Below, piece by piece: positions 51,801 to 63,039 of a DNA stretch of 64,000 nt (position 1 is the first letter of the stretch; every line of letters begins with the position of its first letter). The translations under genes were made by a program, and so were the position numbers. The notes under the pieces were generated by a model. It had not been told where the DNA came from. It searched no databases and worked only from the letters and a program-made list of their open reading frames with translations. Source of the stretch: Marsupella aquatica (Eukaryota > Plantae > Marchantiophyta); the NCBI GenBank assembly GCA_973895155.1, contig OZ316897.1:1328515-1392514 (forward strand). The letters are read 5' to 3'.

Positions 51801-53314
51801 GGTGGCTGTACAGGGCAAAGCCAGAAGTAAACCCCACTCGCACTCGACTGAAAGCTCGCCTGGTGGCTCGTGGTATTGAACAGCGCTTTGGAGTTGATTT
51901 TGAGGACACTTTCGCACCGGTTGTCAAGTGGTCAACCATTAGACTGGTTATTGCACTCGCTGCAACTCTTGGCTGGTCCATCAGCCAAATGGATGTCATC
52001 ACGGCTTTCTTGAATGGCAAGCTCAAGGAACTAATCTACATGGTGCAACCACCAGGATTTGAGGTCCCAGGATCCGAACACCTTGTGTGCCAGCTAAATC
52101 GATCCATCTATGGCTTAAAGCAGTCCCCGCGTGCATGGTATGAGGAAGTTGATCGGTTCCTTCGCTCAAAAGGGTGGACCCGGAGCACTGCTGATCATAA
52201 TTTGTACTTCATCAACTAAGGAGGGAAAATTGTTCTTCTACTTATTTTCGTTGATGACCTACTCATCACTGGCAATGACGATGCCAAAATTGATGAGGTC
52301 AAAGCACAACTCAGCCAACAGTACAAAATGAAGGATCTGGGCAAAGTCACCAGGTATTTGGGAATAGATTTTGTAGATGTGGCCGATGGAATGTTCATCC
52401 ATCAACGTGACTACTGCCAAAGCTTTCTGGAGGAATTTGAAATGCAAGACTGCAAAGGAGCAGCGACTCCTCTACCCGAAGGATTTGATGTATCGGCTGA
52501 TACGCTATCACCTGACGTGGATGCCACTCACTACTGCAAGTTAGTTGGCAAGTTGATCTACTTAACTAACACCAGACCGGATTTGGCATATGCAGTGGGG
52601 ATTCTCAGCAGATTTATGTCATCTCCACAACAAAAACACATGGATGCTGCAAGGCACGTCCTCAGATACATCAAATCCACCATTGATTTCGGCTTACTCT
52701 TCCAGAGAACTGGAACTTTGTCTCTCTCGGGCTACACTGACTCAGACCATGCTGCTTGCAAAGACACTCGAAGATCCATTGGGGCCTATGTGTTCCAATT
52801 TGCTGGGGGCACTGTTACTTGGGCGAGCAAACGACAAGCAACGGTCTCACAGAGTACAACTGAGGCTGAGTACAGAGCCCTATCGGAAGGAGCTCGAGAA
52901 GCTGTCTTCCTTAGGCGTCTGCTCTCAGAGTTGAGCTTCATCCCAGAAATTCGGGTGGCATTGAATTGCCAAAATCAGGAGGTGATTTCAAATCTGTCAG
53001 TGGCCAGTCAACCCACCTTGCAAGATGCTCATCTAAACCTACATTGCGACAACCAAGCCTCAATTAATTTGGCGAAGAACCCCATCTTCCATGCTCGGAC
53101 CAAGCACATCGAACTCCAGCACCATTACATCAGGGAAAGAGTCCTGGAAGGAGAAGTGACGCTTAAGTACATTCCCACTGCAGAGCAACCTGCAGATATC
53201 CTTACAAAATCCCTTCCAAGATGGAAGTTTGAGAAACATCGTGAATTCCTTGGCATGAAGTCCCTGCGCGACATTCTACCTACCCTGGGTAACGCAGCTA
53301 CTCGGGATGCGTAG
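48845..53314 (+). pseudogene. Copia gag-pol in one reading frame with three in-frame stops (49904 TAA, 51368 TAG, 52217 TAA)
   Basis: CNFCGHMGHWEGEC, WLVDSGAS, LWHRRLSH..CDTC, HTDLCG/SDRGGE/NGVAE, KARLVARG, FVDD, YTDSD/TEAEY/CDNQ/ADILTK. Confidence 0.93.
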
Positions 53315-53759
53315 CATCGTGATATACCTCTAAGCAGTATTCACATCTATATAGCTGACCACCAAAATTGCCTTGCCCCATGCTTCGAAATCGGTGCCCA
53401 TGGACTGCGTGGTCCCCTGCTCGCTGCAACTTCTCCTGCAAGTATCGTTCTGCCTCGCTTCTCGACTTGAAGGACTTGTACACCTGACCCTTATACCCCT
53501 TTACTTGTGGCTCACAGTCCTCCCAGGAATCATACAAGCCTGGAACATATCCCCGCACCACTGCATAGTACTTTCGCCTTGTGGTATGGTCACTGAAGTA
53601 GCGGGATGTTGGCACAACTGGCTGTATCGTGTGCTGTGCACCCTGTACATCAGGCGCTCGGGTGACTTTCACCATTACCTGTTTGCCCTGCTCCCCTATC
53701 TGTGGCTCGTCCTCTCTCTCGCCCTGGTGCTCTTCTACCTCAGTCGCACTCACATTCAA
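53298..53759 (-). CDS. Antisense accessory ORF with an RNase H1 N-terminal (hybrid-binding)/caulimovirus viroplasmin domain; first ATG at 53675 (125 aa)
   Basis: KYYAVVRGYVPGLYDSWEDCEPQVKGYKGQVYKSFKSRSEAERYL (53439-53573) matches the Cauli_VI consensus YYAV..G..PG.Y..W..C...V.G......K.F....EA..(Y/F); C-terminal H..H.HRF...YRCEYC. Confidence 0.85.
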   Translation of the reverse strand: MNVSATEVEEHQGEREDEPQIGEQGKQVMVKVTRAPDVQGAQHTIQPVVPTSRYFSDHTTRRKYYAVVRGYVPGLYDSWEDCEPQVKGYKGQVYKSFKSRSEAERYLQEKLQRAGDHAVHGHRFRSMGQGNFGGQLYRCEYCLEVYHDATHPE

Positions 53760-55581
53760 CTTCCATTGTACATACTGGAATTTGAGTCTCGACCATATCT
53801 CCCAGCACCTTGAGTACCAACCTTATCGTACCCAACAACACCCAGAGCACTTGCAGGCCCACTCTGCTTACGTCCATTCTCCCCACTTGCTCTGTGCATT
53901 TGATGGATTACCGGTCGGGAGGGGGTGTTAAGTTTACGACGTTCATCCGGTGTACATACGCCACTTGCTGTTCCTTTGTCTGTTCCCCCTTTGCTTAGGT
54001 GTTATCTGGGGGGGCCTGTATATGTGTGATTACCGTTAGATCTAGGGTTAATCTTACTTACGGTCCGATTAGTATTCACTGATCTGGTGCGGTGCATTCT
54101 CTCGCCGACCACTCTCTTAAGGTCCAATTCACTGTTCATTCTGTATTCTTGCTGTGTAAATTATGGGAAGCTGCGCTCGTCAGTTTCTTCAGACAGTCGG
54201 GAGTACCTGCGAAGTGGGCAAAGTTTGCTGATTCAAGCCTTTCGGTTTTGCCATGAGAAGAACTTCATTGCAGTTCTTTTAGAGTACTGGAGTGGTATTT
54301 TCTAGTTGGTCTGATCGGTGATGTCATTCGGTTGATTATCGAATCAATCGGTTGAAAATAGAGCTTTTGTTCGAATTCAAATGTCTCGGTGATTGTCTCA
54401 AATCCTTGCTGATTCCTGCCTTTTGGTCTTGCCATGAGAAAAACTTCACTCCAGTACTTCAAGAGCACCCACACTGAAAGAATTCAAGCAGCTCGCATGA
54501 TTTGGAGACGAAACGCAGAAGAAGCAAAGGTCGGCGTGCACCAGGGCAACGCGGTGACTACTACTGTATGTTAGGAGTTAAACGAGTTGCTTGAGCGGGG
54601 GATGCTCGTGAAGGCTTGAGCCTTCTTCTCGTTCAGTGTTCTCACACCTTTCAAAAGGTCATCATCGGCCATTGTTTTGTAGGACCCATTAAATTGCATC
54701 TTAGTCACTTGCCTAATTCTTAATGGACCACACTCTGTGGATAGGTATAAGATTCTTCTGCTGTCGGAAAACTGAAACGAAAACATTGGATGAATCAGCA
54801 ATGCGTGCAGCATACGCCCTACTAATCCCTGAATGAAAGGCTTGCCCCAGAAGACAGCCTACTAATCCCGGAATCCCCAGAAGACAGAAGCTCGCGACGA
54901 ACGTGACTCCGTGTTGACTGTTGTCTGTTGTAGTACTTCAAAATAATCTGCGAGAAACAATTAATTTTTCTCATAATTATTAGTACTGTACAGACTCTTC
55001 TGTTGGTCATGATGTTTGGTGGCGGTATTTTCTTGTTGATCTGATCGGTGATGTCATTCGTTTTGCAGGTGGTATCCGATCCCAGGCGACGTCTGATTCC
55101 GATATAGTGGCATCCGATCAATTCCTGGATCGAGTGCAAGGCGATGACGTGTGCGTCGTCTTTCCAAGGAGCAGAAGAAGTTGTGCTGACATCCGTCTGA
55201 AGGCCGTTGAATGGGGTATTCATGCAAGTGGAAGGAGCCTTTGAATTGGAGATCGGACAAGCAAAGGAGCCCTCCAGAGATCACATTGAGCCTCCGAATC
55301 GGATCCGAATGGGAAATCGGTACTGAATGACGGGCCCCTGTAGCGATCACTCTCCAGTGCACTTGCCTTTGAATTGGAAGTGAACATTTCAAATGGAGGT
55401 CGTACCTGTCAGGAAGGACTGATCGTTTAGATCATAAAATTCGTGAGTGAGCTTATAATCGAAGGCGTAGATTAGGACACAAAGAACGATCTGAGTCTCT
55501 CAACTTTTTACAAGGACTCACAGAGGCAAATCTGGGCAAGGGACTACTGGAGCTACTGTAGTTACTTAGGTGCAGGTCGTT

Positions 55582-56110
55582 ATGATGGCCGACATGGAGG
55601 CCCTAGGGTCAGATGGGAGGGGCAGGCGAGGAGATCCAGGACGAGTCGCTGGGCTGGACCAGCGCCAGGACAGATGATCTCACGTGGCGTCTCAATTACA
55701 ACAGATTCCTCCGTGAAAGAATGTCCGAAAACTCTCCAGACTCTTTTGCAAGCGAGCCTGCATAAATGCCTCATGGTGTTCGGTGCGTCCTGCCAATGCC
55801 TATGCACTCCGTGTTCATGATTTGCCAATTTGATAATTTTGTGTAAATAAAGTGTTGGGTTTGACAGAGAATACCTTCTTGCCGTTTCTGTTTCTGTTGA
55901 GTAGTTGATATATAGGTTGCTATATAGGTTTGCGAATCAATTTGAGATGATAGGTAATTTGCGATGAGCATGTAACAAGCTGATGTCGTGTGTTCTGCAG
56001 GATTTGACAATGGAGTTGCTAAATATTATCGGCACCAAGACGAAATGCTGGATACGTACAAAGAGATGGACGACATCACAGAGCATGGATACCGGCCTAC
56101 CACAACTATG
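55582..56110 (+). pseudogene. MTP: Truncated, frameshifted MTP fragment (exons 1-2 only)
   Basis: Copy of the MTP 5' end with an extra G in exon 1 (GATGGGAGGGGCAGG); the duplication ends in intron 2. Confidence 0.9.
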
Positions 56111-56335
56111 GTAAGGTAAGCTAAGGTGCATGAAAGTGAAGAAATACGCGGAAGAAGTTCACAGAAATGAGTGTGGACCAAGTCGAGTAGTCTTTGAGCT
56201 CAGAAATTCCGGATTTCAACGCCAATAATTTTACTCACAGACGTAAAGTGTCGTGGAGTCGTCTGCACTATCAACAGATTGACACCGCCTTCCCATTAAG
56301 GTCAAATAAAGCTAGTCGGTCCTATATGAATGATA

Positions 56336-57169
56336 TGGATGAGAGTCATGATAAATCATAGAGTATTGGTTTATGTTGTGGCAAACTTGGGTCGGAGCAG
56401 GCAACACCAATGGGGACTTGGGCCGGAGCAGGAGAAAACAAGTGAACGGTGCCAGAACATAAACTCGAAGTCGATGACACAAAGTTGATCAAGCCGGGGC
56501 ATGTGACAATATGGTAGAGTTTTGGTTTATGTTCTGACAAACTCGGGCCGGAGCAAGCAGCAACATCGGGGACTTGGACGGGCAGTGTATGGGGTCCCAA
56601 GAAGATCGGGGAGCTTTAACGCGCGGTTGTGTAGGCCTGAGCTTTCATTGCAGAATTCAAGACATCACAGGAGACATTCAATGTGCTCCATTGAAAGACA
56701 TTCAATGTGCTGCACAAAGACATTGCCAGAATTAAGAATTTTTGTGCTGCTATTGGAAGGGAAGTTTGACTTGAGGTACATTATGAGGAACCTTGTTTTA
56801 CATTTGAAGAGTGACAATATTCAGAGGGTACTAAAGCAACACCCATCCACACATTTGACCTTGAGTCCCTATTCTTGATTGTAAATGCATTGGTTTTATA
56901 ATGTACCAATTAATGCACCGCAATTTGAAGGCATTGCCAAATCTACTTGTCAGCTCAGGATGAACAAACAGGAGGGAAAACAATGGAAAACTGAAAAGCC
57001 ACATTTGAGATAACCAAAAATGGATAAAAAGTGGGATAGAAAAGGTAAAAAGAAAATAACCTTTGGATGTGTTGTGATTGATATATATGTTTTTGGTGAA
57101 TTATTTTTATGAATTTTCTATTCAATTGACAAATTTTTGAAATACCCATGGGTAGAAAGAAACTCTTCA
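56336..57169 (+). repeat. Segmental duplication C' (direct copy of 40685-41509)
   Basis: Joined to the end of B' by a 12-nt filler ATATGAATGATA. Confidence 0.93.
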
Positions 57170-57331
57170 ATTACCATAACATTTACCAACCAAGGCATTG
57201 TGAGAAACCCTTAAGGCCAGAGGAGTCACAAGAAAATGTAAAAAACCCTGGGTAGAAATACCAAGGAAATGTAGGAAACTCTTCAGCTACTTTGGACAGA
57301 CAAACAGTTTACATGGGTTGTATGGACATAG

Positions 57332-57665
57332 TGTTGAACATAGACGACATTCACAATGGTAAGCTCATGACACACATTTAATGTGCAAGTAGTGGACAGG
57401 TTCACCTCATTGAGGTTACGTCCACAAAAACACACAAGAGAGTTTTATTGAACTCTAAACCCTTCAGTCATACGGAGTCTCCACAATGTAAACTCACTTT
57501 ATCTCTCAAGTGACTCCATAACAATGAACCATAGTTCCACTTATCCAAGCAAGCATTGTTTATGATATAGTGTGCAACTTTGTTAACCTAATCACGTCTC
57601 TGACTATGATTAACCTAACTATAGTTACATGTTACAACCCTAGACCTAAGACTAAATACCTAACG
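57332..57665. mobile_element. Diverged solo LTR, same family as 13337-13680
   Basis: Starts TGTTGAACATAGACGACATTC, ends TAACG (CA mutated), 5-bp TSD CATAG on both sides. Confidence 0.8.
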
Positions 57666-58344
57666 CATAGAAATACCATTCAAGGAAAAAAAAATTCATG
57701 AGACCAAACCATAAATAATATCCTCCTGTTGTCAATGGAGTTGAACATGTCATCAACTAAAACCCATTGCATTCAGAATCCTCCATTTAATTTTTGTCCT
57801 CTCATCTCCATATCCAAGCCTACTCTAATCTGCAACTCTTCATTGTCGAACTGGAGTTCTCAAATTAATTTTTTAATGGCAAAACGTTGTTTGATGGAGC
57901 AACACAGACAGCACAAAGGATTGGTAGTATTTGGACATAATGCTCTTTATATTGTAGCCCCCATCCATTGTGTTAAGGGGTCTTGTGTTTGAATAAAGGC
58001 CCTCTTTGAATCCTTGGAGCATAATCACTAAATCTTCTCTCTAATTATATACAAAACACTCTTGCTAAAGTTGGAACACAACTTGCATGGGCCAAAAGGG
58101 AAAACAAAAAGACACCCAAGGGACAATATTTGAATTGGAAGTCTGGTCTTACTCTTTGACTATGAGGTCCAGGCCTTGTTTTAGGGGGAAAACAGTACAC
58201 TCCCCCTCAAGACAGGAAATTCTATACCATATATTCATGTATTGGTTGAAAACAAATTCATTTTGTAGTCCCCCTATCCCTTTAATTTTTTAAGGGGAAA
58301 TCTTTGATTAAGGGGAAATCTCTGGAAGCTCAGAGAGAGATAAT

Positions 58345-58510
58345 AGAAACCAGTTATAACATTTGAACCCAAGACCTAAGAGTCCCTACTCAAGTGAACT
58401 ACCACACAACTATGGCTTTCACAAAGAGTGAGGTCCAAGTGAGGTCCGAGAAACCAGTTTCAACATTTGAACCCAAGACCCAAGAGTACCTACTCAAGTG
58501 AACCACCACC
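58345..58510 (-). repeat. Two ~60-bp direct repeats with a Pol III B-box-like motif (possible SINE heads)
   Basis: AGAAACCAGTT..AACATTTGAACCCAAGACC.AAGAGT.CCTACTCAAGTGAAC.ACCAC x2; the minus strand has GGTTCAAAT. Confidence 0.45.
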
Positions 58511-58946
58511 AAACCATTCCTGTTTGGGCTCCATCCTTTTAATTTTAAGTCTAGTACATTTTAGCAATTAAAAATGATGGTCACATGGACTGCTTTCTTG
58601 GCCCTCCCATTCCACCAAGACGGTTGGCCCTCATTTTTTGGGAAAACCGGAGATGGAATGGGTACACCCATAGCTTGCTGCTCAGAACCTTGGGGAGATA
58701 CTTTAGGCTGTCAGACTCAAATGCCACACTTCGCACCATAAATTTGGACTTGCTAGTTGGCATGCAAGAAGCGGACAATTTAAATGTATTGGAGTTAAAT
58801 TGTAACGATAGTGGTTACCAATTGCATCTTATCTGTAACCCAAGTACATCCCGTTGCACAGATATGACTGAGGCAAGTGAAAACCAGTTAAAGCTATTCT
58901 TACAAAGAGGATAAGATGTCCAATTTTCTGAAACGTAAGACCCCAC

Positions 58947-61900
58947 TCACCGTCGTCTCCGTGCAGATATTCGACAATCAAAGCATTTCCTATGGGAGTT
59001 GTTAGAATGGCTGTGAAGATTGTGGAAAGTTTCATTTTTTGTCACTACTCTGTGTGATGGTGTGACTTCAAGATTTCTGTCTGAGTGCACTTCCTGACCA
59101 CCTATCTGCAAATGAAATTGTTCTGATAAGACCCGAAGAACTGATGCATTTTGGACTTTAAGATCGTCAATAAGCTCCTGATGCTTGAGAAGCTGCAAAG
59201 AATACACACAATTGAATGTTAGAATTGGCTGCAAGCCAGAGAAAACTGTGTTCGTTCATGACCAGTCAGTGATCAGCCAGCTGACTTAGAGGAAACTTCA
59301 AAAGCCTTCCATGAAATTAACTTTGGAGTCCATTCATGTCAAACTTTTTTCGAACTTCTCACATTATTGCTTGTCAGCTTTGCGCCTCTGATCCAACGTT
59401 GCTATGATTACAGGAAGTGTCAATTTCACATCACATTGCTACTCAAAGGTTGCTTGGAGAAGCTCCAAACGATGATACTGTACTATTTCGTTGGAAAATG
59501 GGGCTCCAAAACATTTGCGTCAAATCGTAAAACACGCTACCGCAGGCCTTCGCCAGACAGAGCCCTAAACGAGCAAGGTTCACTCTAGATTTGGAAATGG
59601 GTGTAGATTTCTTGGTAGAAGAAACAGCAGGTGCTCAAGTTTAGAGGGAGCCCTGGGGCAGCAAGCATCAAATAGTGCAGCCAAGGTAAAAAATATACCG
59701 TGCGAAGGATCTCATTTTCTTGGCGCAATTCGTGTACCTGCGGCCAAGCATCAGTGCAGTTAAAGGTTAAACTCCACTAGAGTTATCAAAACAAAGTTTA
59801 GTTGGACGACCTTGGCTCCTGTAGATAAGAAACAATGTAGGGCACTTTCCTAAAAGCATAAAACAACTAAAACATCACAAGGAGACAAACCAGAGGGGTA
59901 AATATCCTGCTTCGCAAAGATCCAAATAAACAATTCCTATACTACGGTGTCTTCTGGACACGAGGTACTAAGCTCACCCTAAAGTTGGCCCGTCCGCTAG
60001 ATTCAAACTCAGTTCCAAACTTTAATTTATGTGAGATTAGGAAGAAAAGATAACAAACTTAAATGTAACTTGAGCCCACCAACCTCTCCAGTTCCCCCCG
60101 ATGACATTACTGTGGTAGGTTCAGAGGGAGCTTCACTCAGTACATAGCCACTTGACTTGTTAGGAGCTGCTACTTTGATCCCAGGGAAGCTTTCCTCAGC
60201 AGTACTCTCCTGTTGAGATTCGGTCGGAACATTATCTGTAGCTTCATGAGCTTCACTCTCTGCACTCGGCAGATGTTGTTGTAGCCGGCTTGCTGCTGCT
60301 GATAGCCTTTCCTGTAAAGTGAGCAAGCTAGTGAGGTCCTAGACAAAATTCACAGCAATAATGATCCAATAGAGAATACCTTACTAGCAAAACCGCAGGC
60401 GAAACATTAGTAATTTAGCTGTAACGATATTGACAACTAGACATGCAAGAAAGTGAAATTTCCCCTCATCAAACTAGAACGCCTGCAAGTCAACTGATCG
60501 AACTTGTGAGCAATCCTGATTTCTTGTCCAGAAAGGTCAAGACAATGGAAACTCAGAACTGGCCAAAAACAAACCTGAAGAGAGTGTACAAGTTGTTGAG
60601 AAACACCTGGTTTCAGTGCTATGCCTACCACAGGATGTGAGACTTATGCATCAGTATTTGCCCTACACAGCAGAAGCAATCCAGCACTGCGTCAAGCTGC
60701 TAGACCGATTTAAAGTTATCCAATGACTGACTGATCACCGACAAACAATTTTTTACGCAATAGCAAAATTGTGCATGAGGCCTAGAACTAAGTCTACTGC
60801 ATCCAAGCAAAGCTAATTTGAAATAGAAATAGTGCCTGCAATTCAGTAGCATTTGAGTTTTCCAAGTTATCACTAAAGGTTCGAGGTATGCAAATTGAGG
60901 TTATTCCTTTGCCACGAACATGCATCAAGGAACAGGGGCTTGATGCAAGTGGTGGGTTTCGGATTACTCACCCACTCCAAACCCACGGCCAATGCCGACT
61001 CCACAGCCAACACCAGCATTCAGGTTTTTTATGCCAAGTTTTCTCAGCTGTAAAATCAGCATGGAGCACAACGTCAGATTCTGTCACGAGTGAAGCTCGT
61101 CATATACTTAATATGCTTGAGAAACAAGGGTAAGCTGAGGGTACAAGTCTTCTGGAATTCTGCGGTGCTAGAAAGGGACTCCCCCTACCATGCCAAAAGC
61201 TTTGTGGCTCACTCCTCCAAAAGCTTGAGAGCCTGCCCTGCTTGTTGCACTCATCATCTCTCCCAGTACTGGAATTGAACCTGATCCCCACGATATGATT
61301 CCAGTGTATCGTCATGGCATAGAGACGGTTTTTTGCAATCAGCAATCTACTCCTACTCAAGACCAAAATCCAAGTCAGATGAAATAGTTGCTATTGGGCC
61401 CTGAAGTTCAGTATTACAAATCCAGACAACAAAAGAAGAATCCACCAGAAAGACAGTATGAAGGATAACACCTTGGGTTCAAACGTAAATTGCTTCCCGC
61501 CAAAAAAACCTTGATTTCAGTAGATTTCAAAAGTTCTTATTTCAAGGCTCAGGGAAGAAGAGTTGCAATAACTCATGAACCCTAGCAATCGAAGGATTTT
61601 GGGGAGCCCCAGAGAGGACTGCGTCTAAAGGCGACGGGAGAGATCAAGACCGCACTTCGTAGCGATGCTCAGGTGAAGACCATGGACGCCACTACCACTA
61701 CTTCACGACAGGTTGGAATGGGCCCTCACTCAGGAATTTATCAGCTAAAACAGTGGACCACAGCGAGGCTTCGTGAGGACTTCAAACACAATTTAAAAGT
61801 TCAACGGTTTTAGCGAGATCTTATTTCGCATTCGATGGGAAAGAAAGATTCGCGTTGTTTAGATCCTACATTGGAGGAAGGATATTCAAAGAAAATGATA

Positions 61901-62378
61901 GCCCAAAAGTTGTGGGGCCTATTTCATCTGTGATAGAATCGAATCAGGTCCTAGAAGTGCGAGATTGAGAGGCAGACCTTTAGATACAAATGTTCACTCG
62001 AAAGAACAGTAAGATTATAATTCAGCTCGGAAAGTGAGGAAGCGGGATATCACTCGATGAGCAAATTGACAGACAAAGCACGTGATGCCCCGTTTACTTG
62101 GCATGACTCCTACGAAGAGCCATCTTCCACTGAGGAACAGAGTAGAGATGCAAAAACAGAGGAAGCTCAAGATAATCTTCAAGAGCGAGAAATTGAGAAA
62201 TAAACGATGGCCAACGAAGCTTCAAAGTACCTAGAGCGATGGGGTAGCCCACACCAAGTCCGATTCCACAACCGACCCCAAAGCCAGTCATGAGCTGCCC
62301 AATTTTCAGAGTGAAAGTATTTCTCGCTTGGGCGCTCATAGTTGCTGAGTTGCTCATCAATGGAAGAATGCTCTCCAT
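58947..62378 (-). CDS. Conserved plant protein of unknown function (glycine-zipper N-terminus, coiled coil, C-terminal CxxC/basic tail), ~7 exons
   Basis: Exon peptides FTLKIGQLMTGFGVGCGIGLGVGYPIALG, SIPVLGEMMSATSRAG, LRKLGIKNLNAGVGCGVGIGRGFGVG, IALKPG, VHELRQENEILRT, LLKHQELIDDL...CFDCRISARRRR* with GT-AG junctions. Confidence 0.85.
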
Positions 62379-63039
62379 TAATCACAGTGAATTCAGCTGC
62401 GCCTCATTCTGCTCAGTCGTCTTGAGGATTCAACTTCTTTCAAAATAGACTACAGACAGAAAACAGGATTGCTGCTGGGCATAGGACTTGGGCCCAGAGC
62501 ACAGTCCCACACCAATCCAATCCCACCGCTTGCAACGTAATTTCGAGAACACAAGGAGGAGGCAAGGCAAGGCTTGTTTCGGGCTGTTTCCCTTCTTTCT
62601 TTTTACTAGCCCCTACTACCCCTTCGTCCCTTTTTTTTTTCTCGTTTTACTAGCCAATGCTACCTCTTCTTTGAACCTAGTAGGCAACAATAAAATCAAG
62701 AACTATAATACAAGGTTGCGCCTTTTTATGCAGCGGTAGTCATTCAAAGCGGTCGTCTTTCAAAAATACAGTGCCAAGAAAAGAAGTAACCAATAAACAG
62801 AAGGGATAAAACCAAAAGCAAATTAAATATAGTGTGAACCAAAAAGTACAGTAAATCTTTTCACACAAACAGTAATCAATTGGTGTACACAAAAAACAAA
62901 AAATGTAACTAACCCTCTTGCATGCACTTTTCACACAAATAATGGTGGGAACAAAAGACAAGAATGTACCTAACCCAGTTGTATGCAAGAGTATCATAAG
63001 TGATATATACCATATCCTCTAAAAATGGATATGGTATTA

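Larger units (their letters stand above)
48518..54191 (+). mobile_element. Full-length Ty1/copia LTR retrotransposon with an antisense accessory ORF
   Basis: 266-bp LTRs 48518-48783 and 53926-54191 (TG...CA, 3 mismatches seen), PBS TGGTATCAGAGC (tRNA-iMet) at 48784, PPT GGGAGGGGG before 53926, TSD GACA. Confidence 0.97.
45786..56323 (-). repeat. Segmental duplication B' (inverted copy of 25017-29601), interrupted by copia element 2
   Basis: Mirror ORFs (e.g. 54571-54813 - vs 26438-26767 +); homology resumes exactly across the copia insertion. Confidence 0.95.
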
